From positions 1,024,001 through 1,088,000 of the forward strand of contig OY762964.1 of the NCBI GenBank assembly GCA_963667035.1: 64,000 nucleotides of DNA. The letters run 5' to 3'. A program made the position numbers and the translations under genes. Positions 49,081-57,491 of this stretch are shown in pieces; the first letter of the stretch is position 1, and every line of letters begins with the position of its first letter. The notes below the pieces were generated by a model that was not told the origin of the DNA, did not search any database, and saw only the letters and a program-made list of their open reading frames with translations. Origin of the DNA: Candidatus Cloacimonadales bacterium (GTDB lineage: Bacteria; Cloacimonadota; Cloacimonadia; Cloacimonadales; JAFGVF01).

Positions 49081-49169
49081 TGGTGCTGAAGAAGGGACTT
49101 GAACCCCCACGTCCTATTCCGGACACTAGAACCTGAATCTAGCGTGTCTACCAATTCCACCACTCCAGC
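49081..49169 (-). tRNA. tRNA-Leu (anticodon CAG)
   Basis: GCTGGAGTGGTGGAATTGGTAGACACGCTAGATTCAGGTTCTAGTGTCCGGAATAGGACGTGGGGGTTCAAGTCCCTTCTTCAGCACCA; long variable arm, encoded CCA. Confidence 0.96.
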
Positions 49170-49366
49170 AATATTGAATTACAGATATTTTGCCTCACTT
49201 CCGATGTCAATATAATTCTTTAGTCCTTTTAGGCGTTCGTTTCAATTTCTCAGTATAGTCAGAAAAGATTTCTACTACCATCTCCCAGCAAATCAGTTCG
49301 ACGATTCTATAGAATAATCAGTAGTCCTAGACTAAATTCTATCCTTTTGTATTCGTTAATGGAAGT

Positions 49367-49436
49367 TGCCGACTTCGTCGTCACAGCAACTCAGAGGAGT
49401 TGCTGTACAATCGTAGTGCAAGTGCCTCACTTGTAC
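49367..49436. repeat. REP-like cluster: copy 2 of the 43-bp repeat plus a GTAG-footed palindrome
   Basis: 49367-49409 matches 19165-19207; GTAG-TGCAAGTG-cct-CACTTGTA starts at 49413. Confidence 0.75.
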
Positions 49437-49787
49437 ATAGCTCAAAGAGCTATATTACTGCGTATCATCTTCTGTCTAGCTATCTTAAATGTAACAAACT
49501 ATCAATCGACTTCGTTTTGACCCGCTATTTTCAACTTTCTATGCCCATTCTGCAATACTGTTAAAAACATAAGAATTACTATGGCATAAGGTGTCTATAC
49601 AGTGAGTATAATGTGTTGAATGCCGATAAATAGGGAGAGGAGAGTTAAGAATATCATTCATAGTAACTCTTCGGTTTTTTCACAGGTCACTAAAGTAAAT
49701 AATATGTTGAACTGAAATAGATTAATTCTTGACTTATAAAATCTTTTCATTCTTTTCGAATACAATTATGCAGTAAAAGGGAGTCAG

Positions 49788-51125
49788 ATGTTAATCACAC
49801 ATACAAAAACACAGCTTCTTGCAGATTTCTCATTTCTCCTCCAAACAATGGAAGAGGTACATCCTGATCTCTATTCAGATGTAGATAAATCTCAATGGGA
49901 CAATGAAGTTGAAAGAATCAAAGCAGAGTTAGAAGACGGAATGACATCTCTTGATTTTATCAAAGTTGTAGGCAAATTGGTTGCTTCGATTGGAGATGGG
50001 CATACCTATATCCTGCCATGGATAGATGAGATCACAAAGAATGAGGAGTTTAAGTACTTTCCCTTATCGATGAATTTTGCTAAAGAGAGAACTCTTAATA
50101 ACTACGATATGGGAATAATTAGAGCCGGAGATGAGATTCTGGAAGTAAATGAAATCCCTATGACTCAACTGGTGCAGGAGATGGTGCAATATATCTCAGC
50201 AGAGACTGCCGATTTTAAATACGCAATGTTAGCCCGTCGTTTTACAATCTTACTTACTGCTCTCTATGGAATTGAAGATGTGTATACCCTTAAAGTACGA
50301 AGAAAGAAGGAGATTATTGAGACATCTGTTACCGGGATGACAGGGGCAGAACTTAATGAGTGGGCAAAAACATTACCACAAAAGAAAAATGATGGTAATA
50401 ACTTCAAAATTGAAGATGATATTGGCATTCTAACAATTCCATCGTTTGGAATGTATAAAGAGGACGCTGATACATATAGAGAGTTCATTGATGATGTTTT
50501 CCTACAACTAAAGGACCAAAAGTCTAAACGACTTATCATCGATGTTCGTAATAATGGTGGGGGAGATTCACGGTTGGCAAAATATATTACCAATTATCTG
50601 ACAGAAGAACCTACATATAACTTCGATAGACTCATTTGGAAGAGTAGTAAGCAGATACGAGAATTTGTGCGTGATGATGTTGAGAATGGTACCCATGGTT
50701 ACTATTCACAGTCGGGATTAGATAAATTATTGAGCGTTAATGAGGGAGAGTGTATTGAACAAGATTGTAAATCTTCAGTGAACCCAAATGAACATAAAGA
50801 GAATACATTCCAAGGCGATGTAATTGCTCTTTCTAATCCGCTATGTTTCTCAACCACAACAGACCTTCTAGCCATGATTAGGGATTTTAAGCTAGGTAGG
50901 ATCGTTGGTACGTGTTCCGGTGGGCTTCCTAACAGCTTTGGAGATTGTTATTATTTCAATCTACCAAACACTAATATCTTCTGCTCAGTATCTCATAAAT
51001 TCTTTGTTCGACCCTCAGGTAACGAAAAAGATAATGACTTAACACCTGACTATATTATTGAGCAGTCAGCTGAGGACAAACAAAAGAATTTTGATACAGT
51101 TTTGGAATTTGCCAAGTTATGCTAA
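49788..51125 (+). CDS. S41 family peptidase
   Basis: HPDLY, GDGHT, PDZ-like GDEILEVN, LIIDVRNNGGG, CFST, IVGTCSGG, TPDY. Confidence 0.88.
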   Translation: MLITHTKTQLLADFSFLLQTMEEVHPDLYSDVDKSQWDNEVERIKAELEDGMTSLDFIKVVGKLVASIGDGHTYILPWIDEITKNEEFKYFPLSMNFAKERTLNNYDMGIIRAGDEILEVNEIPMTQLVQEMVQYISAETADFKYAMLARRFTILLTALYGIEDVYTLKVRRKKEIIETSVTGMTGAELNEWAKTLPQKKNDGNNFKIEDDIGILTIPSFGMYKEDADTYREFIDDVFLQLKDQKSKRLIIDVRNNGGGDSRLAKYITNYLTEEPTYNFDRLIWKSSKQIREFVRDDVENGTHGYYSQSGLDKLLSVNEGECIEQDCKSSVNPNEHKENTFQGDVIALSNPLCFSTTTDLLAMIRDFKLGRIVGTCSGGLPNSFGDCYYFNLPNTNIFCSVSHKFFVRPSGNEKDNDLTPDYIIEQSAEDKQKNFDTVLEFAKLC

Positions 51126-51141
51126 TGATTCGGAGGGTAAT

Positions 51142-51301
51142 ATGAAAAGATGTGAATGGTGTGAGGAAAATCGTTGTACATAGACTACCACGATAAAGAG
51201 TGGGGAAACCTCTCCACAATGATAGACTACTCTTTGAATTTTTGATTCTTGAGGGAGCACAGGCAGGATTAAGTTGGTTTACTATTTTGAAGAAGCGGGA
51301 G
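51142..51301 (+). pseudogene. tag: DNA-3-methyladenine glycosylase I (tag) remnant, frameshifted and 3'-truncated
   Basis: GGAGG-ATG MKRCEWC, then in shifted frames YHDKEWG and HNDRLLFEFLILEGAQAGLSWFTILKKRE, after which similarity stops. Confidence 0.85.
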
Positions 51302-51790
51302 TTCATAGCGAAACAGGGACTTCCGTATAAGGCTCAATTGCTCGGGTTAACGATTTGAAAGGTCTCTTAGGGTGAATTGCTTTAGCTCGAAATGTAGTTC
51401 GATCGTCCCCGGTCGAATTTGCATTGTAACGTAATTGTCCTCAATTGCGATTCTCTAAATTGTTATTTTTTTGAAATTAGTTACAATTCTCAATTTCTAT
51501 CCGCTATCATTGCTCTATCACAATAACAATACAAAGTACTTCAAACGGTTGTCTGAAACAAGTCCGAAACTTGGGACCCAAAACAAGAATTGCACAGGGT
51601 TTGCTCAAGAGACTCACCAGTTTTTAGCTCGAATTGTGATAGTACAATGATAGAACATTGAAATCGGAATGATAATTTTTATTGTTATGAAATTAACCTA
51701 TTAGGTTTCAAAAAATCGCAACGATTAGCTATACTGGTTTCGAATCGGAGCTAAGATTAAACTACTTAATCAAAAAGAGTTTATTTGATC

Positions 51791-51829
51791 CAAACAGCAG
51801 GCACATAGAAGCTATGTGCCTTGAGTTTG
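51791..51829 (-). terminator. Hairpin downstream of the ATPase-Sel1 gene
   Basis: CAAAC..AGGCACATAG-aag-CTATGTGCCT..GTTTG. Confidence 0.6.
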
Positions 51830-51870
51830 AACCAATAGTGTCTGTAACAAATTTATAGATGGGTAAAGAC

Positions 51871-54684
51871 TTACTTATAATCTTCTGCTAATTGTTGTAT
51901 TGCTACAATAATCTCTTCCACTGTCTGTTTAAGTTCACTGCCCATCTTGATATACTCATTGGGATACTCATCCTGCATAAAATACATCAGAGCATAATAT
52001 AAAGGTTTAAACCTGTCTTTAAGATGAAACGGATTCTCATTGAAGAGTTTCAGGGCTGAGTGATACTGCTTTTTAGCAATAAGCAACATGATAAACTGTC
52101 TGATATCTTCAGGAAATTCTTTATAAGTTTCTTCATTATTCAGGAATTCCTTTGATACATCAAGGGCTCTCTTTATCTCATTATTCCATAGTAGAACCAT
52201 TGAATATGTATGAGAAATGAAGATGTTTTTATTTTCATTGAATTGTTTCACTGCATATTGAAGTGCCTTAACTTTATCGAGTTTTTCTGTGAAATACATC
52301 CAGGATAAATTGTTCATTGCATCAGTGTCACCTTTCTCACTAGCCATAAGATAGTACTTTTCGGCATTTTCGAAGTCTTTGTATTCATTGTGATAGATAA
52401 GAGCTAAAATGTTCATTGCGTCAGTGTCACCTTTCTCAATCGCCATAAGATAGTACTTTTCCGCCTTTTCGAAGTCTTTGTATTCATTGTGATAGAAAAG
52501 AGCTAAATTGAACATTGCATCAGTGTCACCTTTCTCACTAGCCATAAGATAGTACTTTTCGGCCTTTTCGAAGTCCTTGTATTCTTTGTGATAGATAAGA
52601 GCTAAATTGAACATTGCACTAGGATGGTCTTTCTCAATCGCCATAAGATAGTACTTTTTCGCTTTTTCGAAGTCTTTGTATTCATTATGATAGAGAAAAG
52701 CTAAATTGTACATTGCACCAGCATGGTCTTTCTCAATTGCCATAAGGTAGTACTTTTCCGCCTTTTCGAAGTCTTTGTATTCATTATGATAGAGAAAAGC
52801 TAAATTGTACATTGCACCAGTATGGTCTTTCTCAATTGCCATAAGGTAGTACTTTTCCGCTTTCGCGAAATCTTTGTATTCATTTTGATAGAGAAGAGCT
52901 AAATTGTACATTGCATCAGTGTCACCTTTCTCACTAGCCATAAGATAGTACTTTTCCGCTTTCGCGAAATCTTTGTATTCAGTAAGATAGAGCGAAGCTA
53001 AATTGTACATTGCGTCAATGTTACCCTTCTCAATCGCCATAAGGTAGTACTTTTCCGCCTCTTCGAAGTCTTTGTATTCATTTTCATATAAATATGCTAA
53101 CAAAAACTTTGCAGTAGGATTATCTTTCAGGTGGTTATTTGAGAGATAATCTATAGCTTTCTCAGGATTATGTTTATGAGAACCATACAAATATCCTAAC
53201 TGTAAGAATACAATGCTGTCTTTAACTCTGAGCATTTCGAGTTGATGGATAGCTGAATCAATATCTTTATTGTCATTAATGCTTTGATCAACTAAGCTCA
53301 TTAACTCGTTATCCGATGGTTGCATTACTTTTGCATATTCAGAACCACAAATATCCAGATAGATTTTGGTCTCTTTACACAATTCATCCTGAAGTTGTCT
53401 GTTGATTGAAGTACGAGCTAATGCTTCGGTCATAAAATAGGCATGTTTGTCATGGACTATTCCTTTTCTTACAGCTTCAATATGTTTTTTTGCTCTGTTC
53501 TCAAGCTCATTACTGTCGCACCATCCAATCAGAAATTCCACTAGGAATCTGACTTTGTTTTCTTCTGTTTTGCCTCCGTGCCTCATGAGATACCAGATAT
53601 TGAAGAAACGTTCCGATAACCTGTAAAGGTAGTTTTTTGTATTGGTTTTTTGCTTTTCGATAAGATGATCTCTTTCAAGAAGTTTCAGTTGAGATGAGAT
53701 TGCCTTACTTTGTTCTTTAATTTTAACCGAAATCTCTTTTGCACTGATAGCATCCCAGTTTAGAGCGATTATTTCAACAATCTCCTGTTGCTGGGGAGAA
53801 AGGCTGTCCATCCTGTGTTTATAAAGAGGAGTCACTTCATCAAGAATTCTTTCTAAATCAAGAAAAGCCTTTCCGTTTTCATCATCAATGAAGATTTGAA
53901 AAAGGATAACAATGGTCCTGATTACTCCGCCCGTCATTCTTCTGAGGGCTTCCAGCCTTCCCGGTTGTTCCTCAACAATCTTTCTGACTCGTTCCCGATT
54001 ATATCGATCACCAAGATTAAGCATCAAAGTCTTGGTCTCTTCTTGAGAAAGCCCTTTTAAAACAGGCATTTTGAAGAATTCATAAAAAGGACTTTTATAG
54101 CCGAAATCACTTTCAAGGCTCACGGATGAGGCTCCAATAATTCTGATTTCCGCACATTGAATCAGGACTTCCCGAAGTCTTTGCTTTTCTTTATTATTCA
54201 GTTTGTTTAGAATATCACCAATGTTATCAATAAACACAATGATTTTATTCCTATTTTCTGCCAGTTTCAACTCAAGCAGATTAAAACATCTTTCTTCATA
54301 GTCATCGTCATACTCGAATGACTCCATCTCTTTTCTCAGGTTTTCAAATCCTTGCTTTTCTTGTAAATATTCAGCTATCCTTTCCCAGAGTTTAAACAGT
54401 TTCCGTATCTGATACTCTTCCTCACGGAAGACAATGGGAATAAGCCATGTGTTAAGATCAATGTCTGCTTCGACTTCATAGGCCAGTCGGAGCAGCAAAG
54501 TCGTTTTACCCTGCCCCCGGATTCCCTGAATTATATAGGGCTGTGCCGGATTCCTCATGTCAGAACTCTTTATATCCCTGAATATATCTTCGAAGATTTG
54601 TGTTCTGACGACGAAATTAACAATTAAATCCTTTCTGCTTTGATTAGCCGGGTTATATATTTTGGGATGATTAGTTTGCAACAT
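51871..54684 (-). CDS. STAND-like P-loop NTPase with winged helix and Sel1/TPR-like repeat array (about 937 aa)
   Basis: Walker A GIRGQGKTT, Walker B IIVFIDNI, TGGVIR, wHTH-like LSPQQQEI...ISSQLKLL, eight 33-aa repeats. Likely start MLQTNHPKIYNP at 54684, overlapping the upstream gene's stop. Confidence 0.85.
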   Translation of the reverse strand: MLQTNHPKIYNPANQSRKDLIVNFVVRTQIFEDIFRDIKSSDMRNPAQPYIIQGIRGQGKTTLLLRLAYEVEADIDLNTWLIPIVFREEEYQIRKLFKLWERIAEYLQEKQGFENLRKEMESFEYDDDYEERCFNLLELKLAENRNKIIVFIDNIGDILNKLNNKEKQRLREVLIQCAEIRIIGASSVSLESDFGYKSPFYEFFKMPVLKGLSQEETKTLMLNLGDRYNRERVRKIVEEQPGRLEALRRMTGGVIRTIVILFQIFIDDENGKAFLDLERILDEVTPLYKHRMDSLSPQQQEIVEIIALNWDAISAKEISVKIKEQSKAISSQLKLLERDHLIEKQKTNTKNYLYRLSERFFNIWYLMRHGGKTEENKVRFLVEFLIGWCDSNELENRAKKHIEAVRKGIVHDKHAYFMTEALARTSINRQLQDELCKETKIYLDICGSEYAKVMQPSDNELMSLVDQSINDNKDIDSAIHQLEMLRVKDSIVFLQLGYLYGSHKHNPEKAIDYLSNNHLKDNPTAKFLLAYLYENEYKDFEEAEKYYLMAIEKGNIDAMYNLASLYLTEYKDFAKAEKYYLMASEKGDTDAMYNLALLYQNEYKDFAKAEKYYLMAIEKDHTGAMYNLAFLYHNEYKDFEKAEKYYLMAIEKDHAGAMYNLAFLYHNEYKDFEKAKKYYLMAIEKDHPSAMFNLALIYHKEYKDFEKAEKYYLMASEKGDTDAMFNLALFYHNEYKDFEKAEKYYLMAIEKGDTDAMNILALIYHNEYKDFENAEKYYLMASEKGDTDAMNNLSWMYFTEKLDKVKALQYAVKQFNENKNIFISHTYSMVLLWNNEIKRALDVSKEFLNNEETYKEFPEDIRQFIMLLIAKKQYHSALKLFNENPFHLKDRFKPLYYALMYFMQDEYPNEYIKMGSELKQTVEEIIVAIQQLAEDYK
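52321..53112 (-). repeat. Tandem array of eight 99-bp near-identical coding repeats (Sel1/TPR-like)
   Basis: Unit consensus AMxNLAxxYxNEYKDFEKAEKYYLMAxEKxxxx; DNA such as tagtacttt and tttcgaagtctttgtattca recurs every 99 bp. Confidence 0.93.
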
Positions 54685-55825
54685 ACTTAAACCACCACAT
54701 TTGTAGAATAGGGGAGTTAAAATGGTATTGGTCGGGACTTTCATTGTTATTGATATACCCATCGTAGATAAGTACTCTGACAATATCTTTATAAGTCTGT
54801 TCCATGTTAAGCTTGACAGAGAGGTTATACATCTCGTTCTTATCAATAACATCATTTTCAGAAATGAAATTCAACAGCTCTTTAGATAGTATATATTCAT
54901 CTGATTTGAACATTGTCCTCAACCTGCTTTCCCAGTGAGCAAAGTAATGCTTTTGCTCAATCATCTCTTCGAAAGCTTGTTCAATAACATCCTCAGTGAC
55001 TGTCTCAATCTCGTTATCTTTTGTGTAATACTCAATAGATTGAATAATCATCTGAATATAGAAGGGTATCAGCCATTTTGTTTTCTCTAGAATATAATCA
55101 ATCATCTCTTCCGATAAATTATAACGAACATCATTTAAAAGAGCAAAAACGAGTTCTTTTGCCTGTTTCCGGGTTAAAGGTTTTACACTTATAGAAGTAA
55201 GATCATTTATTGTACCGAAAGCGTTTAGCCCATCAACGATGTTCTCCAGACCGATAGATCCTGAGTATATGAATTGGATTTTCTCATATAAGGTATGCCT
55301 CAACACTCTGTTTGTCTGCAGGAAATGAATCGCAGCCTGATTACCCTGAGCACTTTTTATATTCTCGACAGTCTGCGAAAACTCGTCTAAAAGAAATACC
55401 AGTTTCTCTCCCTCAAGTTCAATCTTTTCAATAATTCTGATGAATTCTGCATAATAATCTATGTTTTGCTTTGAGTCAAATTCTACTCCGTTTTTTGATA
55501 TTGCTTTTATAGCAGGAAAAACCTCTTTGATCCGTGAGAGTATTTTATCTCTGTTTGTTACAAATTCCGATGTGATAAGCTTTGTCAGAAGTTTTCGATA
55601 AAATTCCTGCTCAGAACTCACCGACTCTGTCATGTGGAATATAAAGTTGTATCCTTCAAGCGGATTGTCCTTCAAATAGAACATTAATGATGTTTTCCCT
55701 ACTCTGCGGGGAGCGACAAGGAGTATATTGCTTCCTCTATCGATACTCCGTTCAATCCTTGCAATGAGATCTTTGCGTGGGAAGAAATCATCACCATGGA
55801 CTGCATTTCCGATTTGTATTTTCAT
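54671..55825 (-). CDS. P-loop ATPase (STAND/AAA-like, about 384 aa)
   Basis: GNAVHGDDFFPR, Walker A APRRVGKTS, Walker B LVFLLDEF, SGSIGL, IPFYIQ, FNSPILQMWW; ATG at 55825 follows AGGAGG. Confidence 0.88.
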   Translation of the reverse strand: MKIQIGNAVHGDDFFPRKDLIARIERSIDRGSNILLVAPRRVGKTSLMFYLKDNPLEGYNFIFHMTESVSSEQEFYRKLLTKLITSEFVTNRDKILSRIKEVFPAIKAISKNGVEFDSKQNIDYYAEFIRIIEKIELEGEKLVFLLDEFSQTVENIKSAQGNQAAIHFLQTNRVLRHTLYEKIQFIYSGSIGLENIVDGLNAFGTINDLTSISVKPLTRKQAKELVFALLNDVRYNLSEEMIDYILEKTKWLIPFYIQMIIQSIEYYTKDNEIETVTEDVIEQAFEEMIEQKHYFAHWESRLRTMFKSDEYILSKELLNFISENDVIDKNEMYNLSVKLNMEQTYKDIVRVLIYDGYINNNESPDQYHFNSPILQMWWFKYVAN

Positions 55826-56220
55826 CTCTGCCTCCTTTGACAAAAAATCTATAGTCAAAAGAGATGGCAATAAAAGTTTTGTCAAGTTGTTTGACAAAAT
55901 ATATTTTGTTATCTATGGGATGACTAATTCTTTACATGAACAATTATGGCTGAGAATAGGGGGAGAGGGTAACTTAATGATGACGATTAAATATAAATTA
56001 TCTCATTAGCAATATGCTCTCTTACAAGTTCACGGAGATTTTGAGATAAGCCAAGATCAATGTCACTATCATTATCTCTTCAAGATTTCTTATTTAACTT
56101 AATTTAAGTTAGGTGTAAATGTATGACATTAGAAATCTTGCTTAAATGGAGTAATCACGCTTAAGCAAAATAGTAAGTTTCCTAATCATTAGTACAACTG
56201 ATTGTTCCAGAAGTTTGGGT

Positions 56221-57471
56221 CTATAACTTTCTAAAATCAGTCCCGGTTGGGTTTTGAAATACTTCTAAGTCAAATTCAGGGACAGCAGCTAATAAATGAT
56301 CAAACATATCTGACATAATGCTTTCGTATACTGCCCATTCCTTGCGACTGCTGAATGTATATATTTCAATAGGCAATCCGGTTTCGGATGGGGGCAGTTG
56401 CCTAACCATGCAGGTCATGTGGAGATTAATATTAGGATTACTTTTTACATAAGCTTCTGCGTACACTCTGAAGATACCAATATTGGTTAGATGTCTTCCA
56501 TTAATAAGAAGGGATTTATCAATCTCATTATCCTTATTATATTTCTCAATCTCCTGACTTCTCTCATTGATATAATTACTAATAATCTGAACTTTCTTGA
56601 GTCTCTCAAGCATATCTTCTGAACAGAATTTGATACTGCTAATCTTTATATTTAGTGACCGTTTAATTCTTCTTCCACCGGATTCAGACATTCCACGCCA
56701 GTTTTTGAAAGATTCAGAGATAAAGGCATAGGTAGGGATAGTAGTAATAGTTTTATCCCAATTCTGGATTTTAATTGTCGTAAGGTTCATCTCTATGACA
56801 TCTCCATCAGCTCCATAGTTTGACATTGAGACCCAATCTCCAATTCTCACCATATCATTCGCAGAAAGTTGGATGCTTGCAACAAAGCCAAGTATTGTAT
56901 CTTTGAAGACTAATAGTAAAACGACAGTCATTGCTCCTAGGGCACTTAGGAAATAAATTGGTGTTTTGTTCATTAGGAAGGATAATATCAGAATTCCACC
57001 AAACAAATAAGTTACTAACTTGGCTAGCTGGAAGTAGCTGTCTAAAGGATTGTTTTCTAATATTTTAACACTCTTTGTATAGAGCTTTAGCGTGTTTAAC
57101 AATCTGATAAGCACAATCATCGTGATAATACTAATATAGGCATTTACAAAACGATAAAGATACGGGATAATTCCTGTAAAGTCCATAAAAATATAAGGGA
57201 TAGTAAAATAAATCACAACAGCCGGAGCCAATTGGGAGAGAGGACTAAATACACTATGCTCAACCAAGGTATTGTCCCATTGGGTTTTAGTTTTCTTTAC
57301 AAGGGTATTTATAGATTTAAGTAGGATATTCTTAACAATCAGATTTATAATTAACCCTATTATAAACAGTAGGATTAGCAGTATTCCAAGTCTAAGATAC
57401 ATAGTCATCGTTTTTTCAATTCCAAGCCCGGTTAGCAAATTAGTAACCCAATCTATAGATTCATTGTTCAT
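56221..57471 (-). CDS. MscS-family mechanosensitive channel (YbdG-like)
   Basis: LVFKDTILGFVASIQL, IGDWV, VIEMNLTTIKIQNWDKTITTIP, FKNWRGMSESGGRRIKRS. Confidence 0.93.
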   Translation of the reverse strand: MNNESIDWVTNLLTGLGIEKTMTMYLRLGILLILLFIIGLIINLIVKNILLKSINTLVKKTKTQWDNTLVEHSVFSPLSQLAPAVVIYFTIPYIFMDFTGIIPYLYRFVNAYISIITMIVLIRLLNTLKLYTKSVKILENNPLDSYFQLAKLVTYLFGGILILSFLMNKTPIYFLSALGAMTVVLLLVFKDTILGFVASIQLSANDMVRIGDWVSMSNYGADGDVIEMNLTTIKIQNWDKTITTIPTYAFISESFKNWRGMSESGGRRIKRSLNIKISSIKFCSEDMLERLKKVQIISNYINERSQEIEKYNKDNEIDKSLLINGRHLTNIGIFRVYAEAYVKSNPNINLHMTCMVRQLPPSETGLPIEIYTFSSRKEWAVYESIMSDMFDHLLAAVPEFDLEVFQNPTGTDFRKL

Positions 57472-57491
57472 ATGTTATCCCCTTTAAATGA

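Noticed and set aside
52321..53112. Repeat array as a DGR target or a CRISPR-like array
   Set aside because: The repeats are contiguous, in-frame and have no spacers. No reverse transcriptase or template repeat is present in the window.
54685..54855. N-terminal 57-aa extension of the 994-aa ORF (similarly 24771-24938 and 31811-31984)
   Set aside because: These extensions overlap an upstream gene or promoter region. Downstream ATGs with an RBS or coupled start are more plausible.
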